A DNA stretch of 64,000 bases, taken from Lingula anatina (Eukaryota; Animalia; Brachiopoda). The notes beneath the pieces are model-generated. The model did no database searches. It had not been told where the DNA came from and saw nothing but the letters and a program-made list of their open reading frames with translations. Location: NCBI GenBank assembly GCA_051362555.1, contig CM120642.1:14012001-14076000 (forward strand), in the 5' to 3' direction. Position numbers and translations under genes: made by a program. This document shows, piece after piece, positions 24,401 through 44,581 of this stretch (the stretch's first letter is position 1; each line of letters starts with the position of its first letter).

Positions 24401-27400
24401 CAAACACTAAAATTTTCCTGGGAGTAAATCTGAAATTTTTTTTCAATTTTTTTTTTCAATTTTTTGAGTGACTGTTAAATGTGACCCCATACAGTTCTGT
24501 ATGACAGCTAACCACTACTGACGTCTCAGCAAAATATATAATCCACACCTTTTTGGCCTCCTCCGTTTTCTTTAAAGCTTCTTGTGACTTGATTATTTGT
24601 GCTGCTTTTTCTGCAGAATTGCTTTTGTTTCCCTTTACAGCTGCTGGGTTGAAGACTGTCTTGGTGAGGGAACCACCAGTAGTGGAGTGAACAAAACCCT
24701 ACAAATGAGAATATTCCACATAAATGTTGCCAAATATAAGCCTAACTCTATTCTATATGAATGACAGTAAAGCAAAGCAAAGCAATAATACTTGTGGGGG
24801 TTCACTTAACACATCAGTAAATGCTCTGTCTTGGACAATTAACCCTGTGGTGGTGACCAGTGTGTATTAATATCCAATGTGAGAGCAGCTACATTGCCTA
24901 CCTTCTCAGAGTTGTCAACTGTGTTGTCAACTTTATGAGCTGAATGGTAGCCTAATCTATCTTTTACTGAGGGTGGCTGGGCTTCAGCTCCCTGTAAAAA
25001 CAGGAGAGCTTCCATCATAACCGCTCTAATTATATCAACAATACACCTTCCTCACATCAATTTGCTGGGTTTACTTGTACAACAGTTTGTAAAAAAATTT
25101 GATTTCTTTCAACAGATCGCACTTTTCTGAGGACCATTCTTTTTTCAGGTGAAATGTATAGAAATATTTATAACACTGACAAAGTTAGGGATCAGTGAAA
25201 GTTTACCACTTGTGAAGATTCCGTAACCCTTCACCAGTTAAGGTTTTCACCTATTTTTGTATACAGAAATCAATTTAAGAAATAAAAAATGCTATCTGAA
25301 TTTTTTACAACCATATTATTCTTAAAAGCAAGATACATATCTTACCTGTTGTGCAGGTCCTTGCTGTGATTGCTGCTGCTGCTGTTCCTTGTTGTGCCAG
25401 AACACTTTGACAAACCTATTGTTGAAGACGGGTTCACTGCTCCTATAGGCAGAATTAGCCTGATGATGGGAAGCAAATGATACCAGGGCAGCCTCTGGGT
25501 CTCCACCATAACACACCTGTGAGGAGAAGATCATGTCACATTGACAGTTTTATGTGGAATAACTTGAAAATAAAGGAACAAATAACCTCAAAAGACACAT
25601 GGTAGATTTTCCTGCATAATAAGTCTAGTTGAATACACAAGAGAACAATATTAACTGAGTAACAGCTGCTGCTTTTTTGTTAAATGACATAGAAAAATAT
25701 TGATATGTCATGCCTTACTCATTAACTTATAATCTTGCAGCTTTTTATACATAAATTGGATTAACGAATTTGAAATGTTTACTTACTTGTAAGTTTACTA
25801 TTGTCCCAAACTTGCTGAAGTGTTCATTTATTTTTGCAATATTGTTGAGTTCTCGGGGTATTTTTCTGACTTCCAATGTTGCATTTTCAGAACTAGTATT
25901 GTAAGCCCCTCTTCCACCTCCTCTTCTAGGACCTAGAAACATTAAAAAACAATGTCTGTGTTGGCGTTTATTAATTACTTTTCAAAGACAATGTCTCTGA
26001 TAACTTTAATCAAATAAAACAAATTTACTTTTCTGTGAATAAGTTCACAGAGCTTTCATTGTAATGAATATGAAAAGAAAGACAAAATTACTCCATTATT
26101 GTAAACATTCTTAGTTGCAGACAGTTAAAATGTTGAACACTGTCTATATTTTAAAATAGCATTGCAAGCCATAATAATTATATTTTATTGGTAATAATTT
26201 GAAAACAATGATATGTTGTAATTCAATTGAAAAAAAAAAATGAAAAAGGCAGTAGTGTGTTACCTAATCTGTTAAAATCAAAGTGTCCTCTCTTAGCTGG
26301 TGGCCCCCTGTGGAACTGCTGCTCTGGATTACTGTATTGGTTGGGTTGTTGTGGGGGAATTTGTTCCTGATATGGTGGAACTTCCAATCCCCTTTTGCTG
26401 GCCACAACTCTTCTGTTGGGGGAATGTTGTAATTGCTGTAATTGCTGCTGCTGCTGCTGCTGTTGCTGGGGAGGGTGATGTTGTTGTTGGCCTGGCAGCC
26501 CTTTATCTGAGAGAAAAAAAAAACTGTTTTAAGTGACAACTCAGTGATGCATACACTCGCGGCAAGCCTATCAAATTCAAAGTTAGAAATTTTACAAACA
26601 CAGCAATCTTTCATAGAAACACAATGCAAATGAGATATATCTACAAACATGCAAACTCATCTCCCCCCTCCTCTTCATCAATTCATCTCCAGCAGAAACC
26701 ACAATCCCCATCACATCCAAGAAATCCATGTATGTTAACATAGACCCACCTTCCATACTTCCCACAGTGGGTACGCTGACTAGGTTAGGATTTGGCACTC
26801 TCTGCTGAGGCTGGTACTGTTGGGGCTTGGGTCCCCTGGGACCTCCACCCCAGGGCTGCTGACCTGGCCGACCCTCTGTTGGTTTGTAGGGCTCAGGTTC
26901 ATACGGCTCTGAAATACATGGGAATACTCTTGTATATATAAAACTACTTCTAGTATACATTACAGTGTCATAAAGCCATTAGCAGCAAATAGTTGATGTG
27001 GCACACTCCTCAAAAGACTACCATGCAAGCATTTCAAGTATTCATTACATGCTCAAGAAATGTATTGACACAAGAACATAAAAATATTTTTAAATAATTT
27101 TTTTATATTTGAAAAACCTACATAAATCCATCACTGAATTGAAAGTGGAATGTTCATCTTAAACAAAATCTATGCAAGTCTGGGCCCATAAGGAACTCAA
27201 TACATGTGCTAAACTGTGTCATTCCTTTCTCCTGCAGAGTCTGCCACAGTCAGGGCAGCCACTGTGTGCTATGAAGGAATATTTCATCTAGCATTGCATG
27301 CAACAGAAATGACAACAAGGATGTCACCCTGGTAATCTGAATGCATACTGTTAAATAGTTAAAAATACTATTATAATGCAGCAAAACATTTTTATTTCTT

Positions 27401-29943
27401 TATGTTAATATGTGAAGAACCAACCCAAGTAACATACTGTCATGGCTTACCATTTCTTGGAGGCAGTGGTGGCCCTCCTGGGGGCATAGGGGGTCTGTCA
27501 TGTTGTGGGTGTGGCAACCTCATGTTAGCAGGGGTTGGACCTGCAGCGGGCAGTGGGGGTGGCTGTTGGGAGGGAGGTGGCCCAGGAGGTAACCTGGGGG
27601 GCTGGTTGCCTGGCATCATTGGGGGAGCAGGGGGGTGAGCCTGGGGACCACCTGTGAGAGAGAGAGAGAAAAAAAAATCAAATATTGTTAGATATTTAGC
27701 AACACTTTACAACCACTGAGCTCAAAAATAAAATAACAGACAACTGTCAAACAGTATCTGAGAAATAAGATGACTACAAATATAATTTTGAAATCTCATA
27801 CCTAAGACAAAGTTGACTTGTCCATATAGAAGAAACATACCTGGAAAAGCTAACACTCCTGGTAAAGCTACATCTTCCACAACCACAGGGTCTGCACCGT
27901 GATCAAATGGGCACAAGTCTCCACGCATACAAAACCCTTTCTCTGGAAAATCATGTTAAAAGTCCATAGAACAATAAACAACAAGACATGCCATACACTT
28001 GCTCAAAGGTAACATTTTACATGGACAAATACAGGCAATGCAAGCAATTGTCACCTAGCTTAAGAGATGAAAAACAGCGAAATAAATCATGTTCATAGGG
28101 ATTTCACACTTTTGAACAAATACAGTGTGAACAAATACTAGGTATAAGTCAAAGATTCATGAAAATATGTTAAATGTATACTTTCTAGCAATTCTCACCA
28201 TCATAATCTCTACAGCGTGGCCTCCTTGGGGGTCCACCTCTATCCATATGGCGTCCACCCCTCCCTCTCGATGGCCCTCCTCTCCCTCTTGGGGGTCTAC
28301 CGCTATATGAATCCCTCTCACGCCCTCTCCAGCTGTCAAAGGCATGGTTAGCATTGACATCTATTCCTGGGGGTGGATAATCTTGGTCTCTGTGATTGTC
28401 CTGGGTAGGGGTGGATCCTCTGCTATCTGGGCTGTATCTGGGGCCTTAGGAAACAACAGCGTACATTTGGCTTGATGCCTTGTATAGGAGAAATGCCACA
28501 AATACATGTGTTTCTACACACATCTTCACAAAGAGCTTAAAATACAGTTGTGTTATAGCACTGCATTAAGTTTCAAGTTTACTGTAGACATTTCACATTT
28601 AATTTGTGCTTTGCCAGGGATAATCATATGGGCCAAATATTGAAGAGTTTATAAAAATTAAGACAAATAACCATTAAAACTATTCTTCTGAAAAGCATCT
28701 TATGCTAATTTTTTATATATTATCAATCAAAACAAAATACACTGGTTTATCTCATATCTTCAGTTTTTTTAAGGCCGGGTAAGTGAGTCACCTCTATATG
28801 AATTCTTTATTTGACAAATGAGCATTGTTAAGACAAAAAGCACAACATCTAGATCCAGTTTCAATGGCCTCCACCTACTGTCACATCTTCTTGACCTCCA
28901 CCATCATGCAGTTATGGACGTCTATGGACCAGCATTCATGGTAAAGACAACACTTACCCTTTTCAGGTGACCTTGACCTTTCCTCTGACCCTGAACTTTC
29001 ATCTGACCTTGACCTACTATGCCGTGGCCTTTTGTCTCTGTACCTACCACGGTTTTCACCTCTGGAATGTCTGTCAAAATCTCTTCTGGCGAAGTCATCA
29101 TATCTTCTTCGTCTGTCATCTCTGTCCCTGTAATAATAATAATAATAATAAAAAAAAAAGATCACTGATTTCATGTATTTGCAATTTTTTTCTTAAAAGT
29201 TTATATCACATCAGCAGCTTTTTAACATTAACCTAAAACCTTTTCTGAATACCATACAATTTAACCAGCAAATAAGCATATAATTCTTCATTACCTGTCA
29301 TTTCCTCTCCTGGGACTCCTGCTCCTTGTCCTTCTGTGGTCACGGTCTTCTTTGTCTGGGAGCTAGAACAGGGCAAATTGATGATGTATTTGCCATTCAT
29401 CATTCCAGTTGCAAAACTGTGACATTAGCAATTGGAACTTTTTTGAAAAAAAAATCTTACAGCCTTCAAATAAGGAACTAAAACACTGAGAAAACTTGCA
29501 CTGGATGATTTTCATCTCAAATTTCAAATAAATTAGTTTGTTGAGAAAAAAAAATAGTTAGAGTTATATTGTTACCCCCTTCTCCTACACTGACAGCCAT
29601 AAGCAGGGCAGCCACTGTGTGCTAATGGGGGTTGGTACTCTAGCATTCTGTGCAGTGGATAGGGCATAAATTAGTGCCAAACCAGAAATAAGAATGCCTT
29701 TTTATTTTCACGATACAGGCATCTACTTGTTCAAGGCAAACATTTAATGAAAACAGATTGCTTAAAGACACCATTCCAAGACCTGAATTTACAGTTTGAA
29801 GGACACTGACTAACAAATTATAGCAAACTAATAAAGATAATTTGCTTTCCTAAAGAAAATGCAAAACACTTGTTTACTTTTGCTAATAGATCACTATATG
29901 AAAAAATCATTTCCAGAAAGCAAAAAAAGGAAATGAAATGGAA

Positions 29944-30002
<59 letters not shown>

Positions 30003-33000
30003 ATAGCAATATCATTCTTTGATTAAATGTCTACCTTAATGCCTATAGCTAGATGTTGCATGGTGATAGCATGTTATTTCTAGGGATAGAACAACTCCAT
30101 AATGGCCAGTTAAATGTCTAGGGATGTTCTAACTGAGGCAAATACCTCCAGTCATGTACTAACATGTACAGAATTAATATTTTAAAAAATTCCTTGCATG
30201 TTTGCCAATCCCAGATGAAAAGGAAAGATTCTAATTCACAAGATCACAAGCCAAATAAAAAGTTGTATACCAGCTTATGCACTGATATTCCAGGCATTTC
30301 TATGCCTCCAGACTGGTTCTATTTTAAACACTGCCTCCAATTACAACATATACAATACCTCATCAGACTTTCTTCTTTTCTCTGTATTTCCTGGAGCTGA
30401 ATGCTGTGAAGTTGGTGGCTGTGACTGCTGTGCCTGATGCCCCTTTGCTACTCCACTGTCCACATGCTGGTAGGACTTGTTATCCAAACTCACAAATAAG
30501 GACTCCACAAATGATTTGGTTTCTGCATAATCAATGTAAACTTTGTTTTCTTACTAGTGCTTTCGTGATGTCCGAGTTTAAAAAACTAGTGCTTGCATCA
30601 AATTAAATAATAAAGAAAGTAATGTAGGACATGCTACTGGTTATGCCACCTAAAGACTAGCAGTTGCGTTAAGAGCAACTGCCAGGGGACAACTCCATTT
30701 TTGTTCACCCATTCCATGGAAATATAAGACAGGTAAATTTTGTATGAATATTTACTTTTACCTTGGCTAAACACTAAACACAAGGTGACCCTTCAGCATA
30801 TTTTACTTTAAAAATTTTAAATAGATTTTCAGTGATTGCGAAAGAGATTGAAAACTTACCAGACATGTGGGCTGGAGCAAATTAAATTTTGTCAGCCCAC
30901 ACCTTTTTTTACCGGCCCACAACAAAATAATCAAGCTGTATATTTTCACTTCATTTTTGATGAATATTATTGTCTGGCATTTTAAATCGTTGCTTTTTAA
31001 TTTTCAGGCCAGATGTAATAGGATGTTTAAAGGTTTAAGTTTAAACGTCTTTCATTTTGGTTGCTTTCTGGCATTTAAGTTTTATCCTTTTTACATCTGG
31101 GTTGCCTATCTTAATTTCTAATCTTTTAACACAAGATCATGTATCCTTTGTAAATTTTATTCCAATTTTTGACTTAAATTAAAACATAAGTCATAGTGAA
31201 GTGGAGCTTCCAACTTTTGTAACGTTTTTTTAGATTTTCACTCTTGGAAAAATGCTTGTCTGTTAGCAGGGATTGTCCTGGGTCAAAATCTGGTCGGGCC
31301 ATTTTGGCCCACTTGGTCAAAAAAAAGTGTGCCATTTTTTAAAAATGTGTGCCGTGAATTATTTAAAGAAAATTCATAGTATTTCAATATTTTTTTATAT
31401 GATTAAAATCAATGAAAAAAGGCTTAATGCTACTACTCTGAAGTCCTAAATAATTGTAGTGTGTGGAAAAATCTTCCAAAATAAACATACTGTCTGAAAA
31501 TTGTACAGTACTTAATGGAAAAATCTTCAGAATTGATAATTGCACTATGCCAAATAATTGCACTACATGGAAAAGGTAGACAAATCCCATTTTTATTGTA
31601 AAATAAAACTATTGCTCTCATAGCAGGCCCGTAGCCAGCGATTTTAAAAGGGGGGGGGGGGGAGGGTCTTTTTCCATAAAAACGCCATGTACCTAGATCA
31701 AATTTTACCAAGAGTGGACCTTTTGTCAGCATAAGAGGCGGTTCTTTCGAAACCCCTGAACCATCCCTGGCTACGGGCCAGAGTCTGAAAAGAATTTTTA
31801 TTCAATATCTAAGACTAAAGTTTAGATGAATATACTGTAATGGACAGTTTTGCACCCTGACTGTGCCATTGCGGATTTTCCGCATGGAAAATGATGTTGT
31901 CCCTCATTTTGACATATAGCACCGCTAAAGGCGCAATATGACTTAAAATATCCGTTAAAATTAGTTAAGAGCACCCATCTAAAAAGCAAATGAATATTTC
32001 TCCTTTTCACTTATCGTTTACTCAACATGCAGTCCGACGGAAGCCATACTTGTTTACCCAGCACGTGTAGTTAGGTGTTCTCAGAGGTCCGCGCGTGGCC
32101 AGTCGTAAGCAGTTTGAGCGGCCTGTTTTCAGAGTCTTGAGCAGTACGTTTTTCATTGACCTGTAGTTGTTTCAGTTTTGATACATTTTTTTGTGAAACG
32201 GGTCACATGTCAGCCCTCACACCATCGCTACGCACACTTCAAGCGACATCATAATGTACGTAGACCTTTATCACAAAACGCGCCAGTATGGCGCAAGTTA
32301 AAGTTTTACTTGCGAATAGTGCGTAATTAGAGCTTTACGATAAATTCAAATATGAGGCGAGGTGTCTGTTAAAGAAACTGACTTTAGTCCGTCGGACATG
32401 TGGGCCGATGAGTTAAAAGGGTTTTCCAGCCCACAGAACTTTTGCCGGCATATGGCCGTGGTCCGACGGCTTTCGCAATCACTGGATTTTTAAAGATACA
32501 AATTTTAACCAGTTACAAGCAACCAGACAAAGCTACAACTTCCAAGGCCAAAATTACCTTTTTGTAAAAACACCTCTAACTGGTCATTGCACAGTTCCCT
32601 GAGTTCTTCCAAAGTCTTGTCCTTCTTCACCAAGGCAACGATGTATTTTGCAAGAGCTTCTGGATCTGCATCACAACTAGAAACAGCAATGTCCTTGTTA
32701 TTTACAGGGTATTTGTACAATATTTTTGTTAAAAAGAGTGCCTTATAAATGTATACTACATTTCTTCCAGTAATTTGATCATGAACTATAATTTGGTGCA
32801 CAAAAGCAGCAATTATTGAGGGTTTACAGTTAATGATTATTCTAAGTCACAACACATCACTGTGGTAGACAATGGAAGCATTCTTCATTAAAATGCACCA
32901 AGGAAACTGTAGCTATATCACATATGCAGATACACTGTAACACAAAAACAAGGAAGAGACTTGTTGCAGTGGTTGAATTTAATTGACACTCAAAATAATG

Positions 33001-34566
33001 AGACCTCTTGTTAAATTATCAGCCCAGTCATTTGCACAATGGTGACAATCTTAGTAAATTTACTTATTGCTTAGCTTAAAGTTTGTCACTACCAATGTAC
33101 TACTTCTTGGACCTACATGCTAATAAGTAAATCTAGAAAATAAGTTTTTTAATAATTTTCATACTGGTTTATATTTTTTCTTTCTTTCTTTTTTTTTCTT
33201 TTTTGAAAAAAAGTCAATCACTTTCACTTTTTTTATTTAATTAAATCTTCACATTTATGTTGAAGTGGGAATTACCCCATCTTTTGCCCTTTATTGCAAA
33301 AAGCATGAAAAGTTGATTTAGCAATGCCTGTAGGTCAGCTGAAGTGACCTACAGCCATTCTGAAACAGGACCCAAATATCAATATCTTTACTCATTTCAT
33401 CATTATTGGTGCTTGTTGGGTACTTCACATATGAAATATTAACCAGGGATCGAACTTATGTCTCCAGAGCTTTGGGTTTTTCTTGACTTGCTGACAATCT
33501 TCATTAATTCATCTATTCAGAAGGGCATATATGAAGTACTTCAATAAAAAATTGGATAAATTCTGGATGGATATTTTTTGCAAAATGAAATTATCAATTA
33601 ACAAGGGTTCTTCCTTTTGTTCACTAGGTGACTCTGAATATAGGCGTGCTAATTTGCTGCACTTGAGTCGACTAAAAGAATAAAGTGTAAATTGCTCAGC
33701 ACATATTTCACATTACAAAACAATCCCTGTATGCTTCAACAAAATGCCATTCCAGTTTTAAACCTCTTATGGATACAAAGAGCACCTCAACTCATAGAAC
33801 ATTATTCTCTTCAGAAACTCTTACTTCTTTGAGTGATTTAAACTCAGAAAAAAATAATAAAACAGAAAAACACAGGTCATGTTAGTATTCATGCAAAACT
33901 TTGTGTAACGAAGGTAACCTCTTTTCTTACCATGACCTGTATGTAAATGTAGAGAACCTTTAGCCTTCTAGTAAAGTCAGATGGAAGATCAAATCCATCA
34001 TATGTATACATGATTGCATGCTTTACTGCATAAACAGAACTGCCCACTATATAATTTTTTTTTCAGTATTTTGATTCCCCTGTTAGCTGGGTTAACCTGG
34101 GCTCAGTAGCTCAGTGGGTAGAGCACTAGCATGGTGATGAGTTCCATGTTCGAGCCCTTGTCCAGTATGGCGTTTTCCTAAATCACTACACCACAAGGTG
34201 GAAAATGGGCCAACACATCATCAAACTAATGGCAATATTGCCAATATTTTCTGTACAATTGTGTGCAGAATTATACACTACCAGTTAATGACTACTCATA
34301 TGTAGGTACTGCAAACGACCTAGTGACCCTCATGTCCATTGACTGAAAAGACTGCTGGGGCTTTCAAGTTTCATTTTCAACTTCCAAACTGGTCAATTAT
34401 TAAAACATATTTTCACCTGTCTGACCTTGACATGGCAGGGTCAAACTATAAATATCTTGCAATTAAAAACATGCAAGAAAACAGAAAATGCAAAGAATCA
34501 TACTTACATGGGTGTCAGTGTTTTTGTGAGCCATGCTTTCAAAGCGTCAACATTTTCGATGAGCAT
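21427..34566 (-). CDS. RBM26: RNA-binding protein 26/27 (PWI, RS-rich, CCCH zinc finger, two RRMs); about 22 exons, first 34566-34508, 32676-32558, 30522-30359, last about 21513-21427
   Basis: MLIENVDALKAWLTKTLTPICDADPEALAKYIVALVKKDK (PWI), RCRDYDEKGFCMRGDLCPFDHG (CCCH), TLEVRKIPRELNNIAKINEHFSKFG...VFNNRFVKVFWH (RRM), and C-terminal SWRR*. Likely co-orthologue of vertebrate RBM26 and RBM27. Confidence 0.95.
27212..27344 (-). ncRNA. Candidate structured intronic RNA, copy A (ACA-box-like, unidentified)
   Basis: Shares an identical 21-mer (27251-27271) and stem architecture with 29567-29697; basal stem GUCAUU/AAUGAC followed by ACA. Confidence 0.5.
29567..29697 (-). ncRNA. Candidate structured intronic RNA, copy B (ACA-box-like, unidentified)
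   Basis: Identical 21-mer at 29604-29624; basal stem UGCCC/GGGUA followed by ACA; G-U pairs form only on the minus (host-sense) strand. Confidence 0.5.
29942..30004. repeat. (AAAT)n microsatellite
   Basis: About 15 perfect tetramer units. Confidence 0.97.
30830..32484. mobile_element. Non-autonomous hAT-like transposon, 15-bp TIR, 6-bp TSD GATTTT, in RBM26 intron 2
   Basis: CAGTGATTGCGAAAG at 30830; CTTTCGCAATCACTG ending 32484; GATTTT immediately on both sides; no long ORF. Confidence 0.85.
31624..31781. mobile_element. Small MITE nested inside the 30830-32484 element
   Basis: GGCCCGTAGCCAG ... CTGGCTACGGGCC inverted ends with an internal G-run; no clear TSD. Confidence 0.65.
34099..34190 (+). 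mobile_element. tRNA-derived SINE head or decayed tRNA-like sequence in RBM26 intron 1
   Basis: A box TAGCTCAGTGG (34107-34117) and B box GTTCGAGCC (34148-34156); no intact cloverleaf acceptor stem. Confidence 0.6.
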
Positions 34567-35052
34567 GTTTCTTGGAGCAAGCTCGGACCCCGGCTACTTG
34601 GTTTTCTTTGAATATTAACACAAATCTTTGTTGTATTAAGCTTTCAACAACGACTTAGACTAATTCAGACCCTTCGCTGATTCGCAGAACCGTCCTTTAC
34701 TTTGCATTATTTGTCACAAGTAACAATTTTGACGATTTATATATTGCAACCACACGACAACAAAATGCCGTGCACAAAATGGTAGGCTTCCGAAATCTCG
34801 TTTGGATAATCACGTGTGACTGTGGAGGTTTTGCATATTCCACTAATAAGAGGGAATTTAATGTGAGATTCTACCACATAAGCTCTCTGAACATTCAAAT
34901 ATATCGATTAGTCTTATATATATTCAAATAATTTCACCAAGAAACGATTATATATCACAACTCTCGTTTCGTGGTGTCATGTGACCATAATGTTTTGACA
35001 TGGCGGACAAGAGCAGACGTACGCACGTGTTGGTTTAGGAGAGAAATACAAA
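34567..35052. promoter_or_regulatory. Bidirectional promoter between RBM26/27 and SPATA5
   Basis: 486 bp between divergent ATGs; CpG enriched; CACGTG E-boxes at 34811 and 35025; YY1-like CATGGCG at about 34999. Confidence 0.7.
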
Positions 35053-42833
<7,781 letters not shown>

Positions 42834-43661
42834 CATAAGATTATATATGTACTGTAGCTTGCAAACACTGTCTGGATGCATGCAGTTCCAATAGTTGCCC
42901 ATTTAAGGAAATTTTTTTCTAGATTTGATTGATTTTGTGCAGTAATAATATTCAATCCCAATTGTGTGAATGTTTACTTTTCCCTCAGCCAAGAATAATT
43001 GTTATTTTAATCACAAGTGCAAAATTGGTTTTAGATAAGGTAAAAACTTAAAATGCGTTACAGCAAAAACTGCAAACAATTCTGACTATTGTAACATTGT
43101 ATAAGGCTTAAGTGTATTTGTTTTAACATGTATACAATCTTCTTCCAAACAATGACAGAAACAAATAAACACGTGAAAATCTTGTACTTGCAATTAATCT
43201 TGTTCTGTCATATCACAAGATGAAAATACATTTAAATGTACAATGCTTGTACTGCATAGTACTAGTAAATGTAAAATAATTTTATATGAATCATGAAATA
43301 CAGTGTATATACATATGTTCATGTAGATATGTTTGTGGTATCTAGATCCCTAGATCATCTCACATGGATATTTTTGAGTAAGAATATTTCCTTTATATAT
43401 TTAGTGAATTCTTCCATAATTAGAATCAGATGATTGTATGAGTTATGGTCCAATTTAATATTACCGTAATTATATATATTCTTGAAGTGATTTGTTTTTA
43501 CACCTATTGCAAACTAACACGTATATGTACAGATTCAAAGAAATGGAAACATGACATTTTATATCAGTTATGAAACCTTATTTCACAACTCATCAAATTT
43601 TACACAAAATAGTGCTTAATATATTTTAACAGCTTATATTTACGTAATAAACATACGACGG

Positions 43662-44057
43662 CATACATGGCAACTCTCCTGGATAATCCGGGAGTCTCCC
43701 GGATACAGAACAAATCTCCCGTTCTCCTGTACAGGTGCCCAAATCTCCCAGATAAAAGCAACTTAAAATTTTTTCACCACTGTCAGCTAACGTCCTATCT
43801 CAAATACCCAAATCAAAATACTATTTTAATATGTAGTAATTTTAATTTTTTAAAAAATAGATGTCTTCAGGATAGTTGGGTGATCTTTTGAAAAATTTGT
43901 AATTCTCTTTTAATTGTTGGGGGGGGGGGGGGGGGTGAGAGTGATAGCTCCCCCCATCCCCTCCACTGAGCAAAACGGCAGCGACCAGTGCCCCCACCCC
44001 TACTGAGCAAAATTTTAGAATCGCCAGATTTTAGAATTCCAGAGGTTGGCATCTCTG
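43662..44057. mobile_element. Degenerate hAT-like MITE between SPATA5 and EIF5B
   Basis: catacatggcaactct / agaggttggcatctctg imperfect TIRs; flanks CGACGG and CGAGGG (6 bp, one mismatch); internal G-run. Confidence 0.55.
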
Positions 44058-44229
44058 CGAGGGGTGCATGGATTAATTCAGATTTACACTTTACCAAATG
44101 CTCATCGTGTTCTTTATTAAGCCATTGATATCAAGCTTTAGCAGTCAACAGTTAAAATATTTTAAATAAATTAATTGGTGAATTATTTGATTTAAATAAT
44201 TGGATCTAAACAACAGCAACTCAGCAGCT

Positions 44230-44581
44230 ACTATTTCCCGCGATATGACGACAAAATATGGTTGCCACACGTGCAAAGTCAACAAATTGTCATCTGTTTT
44301 TTGTCGTGTACCACATCAAAAATGACTTTTACAATAACACATTATATAATTAAATCAAGTTGTAATGTTACAATAGGCATGTCATTCTTATAATCTAGTG
44401 TGAATGGAAAGCCACTTTTCATAGAATGAAGTTCAAGTCTTCTACTTGCGTTATGTGAAACACACTTCCGGTATTGGAAGTACGCATGTCGTGAGAGCAC
44501 ATTGCCTTAGAAATTTGTATCATTTTCGTTTGTTTGTACACATTGTTTAGTGGTGAAATTAAGTTATGATAGATAGGAAAG
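44230..44581 (+). promoter_or_regulatory. EIF5B promoter region
   Basis: ETS-type CACTTCCGGT at about 44463, CACGTG at about 44268, CpG enrichment upstream of ATG 44582. Confidence 0.5.

Noticed and set aside
27212-29697. Twister ribozyme, miRNA or U17/snR30 identity for the duplicated RBM26 intronic element
   Set aside because: It lacks the twister L4/UAA core, does not form a simple pre-miRNA hairpin, and the U17 m1/m2 motifs are not shared by both copies
34099-34190. Functional tRNA gene
   Set aside because: A and B boxes are present but the acceptor and anticodon stems do not form; treated as a SINE-like relic
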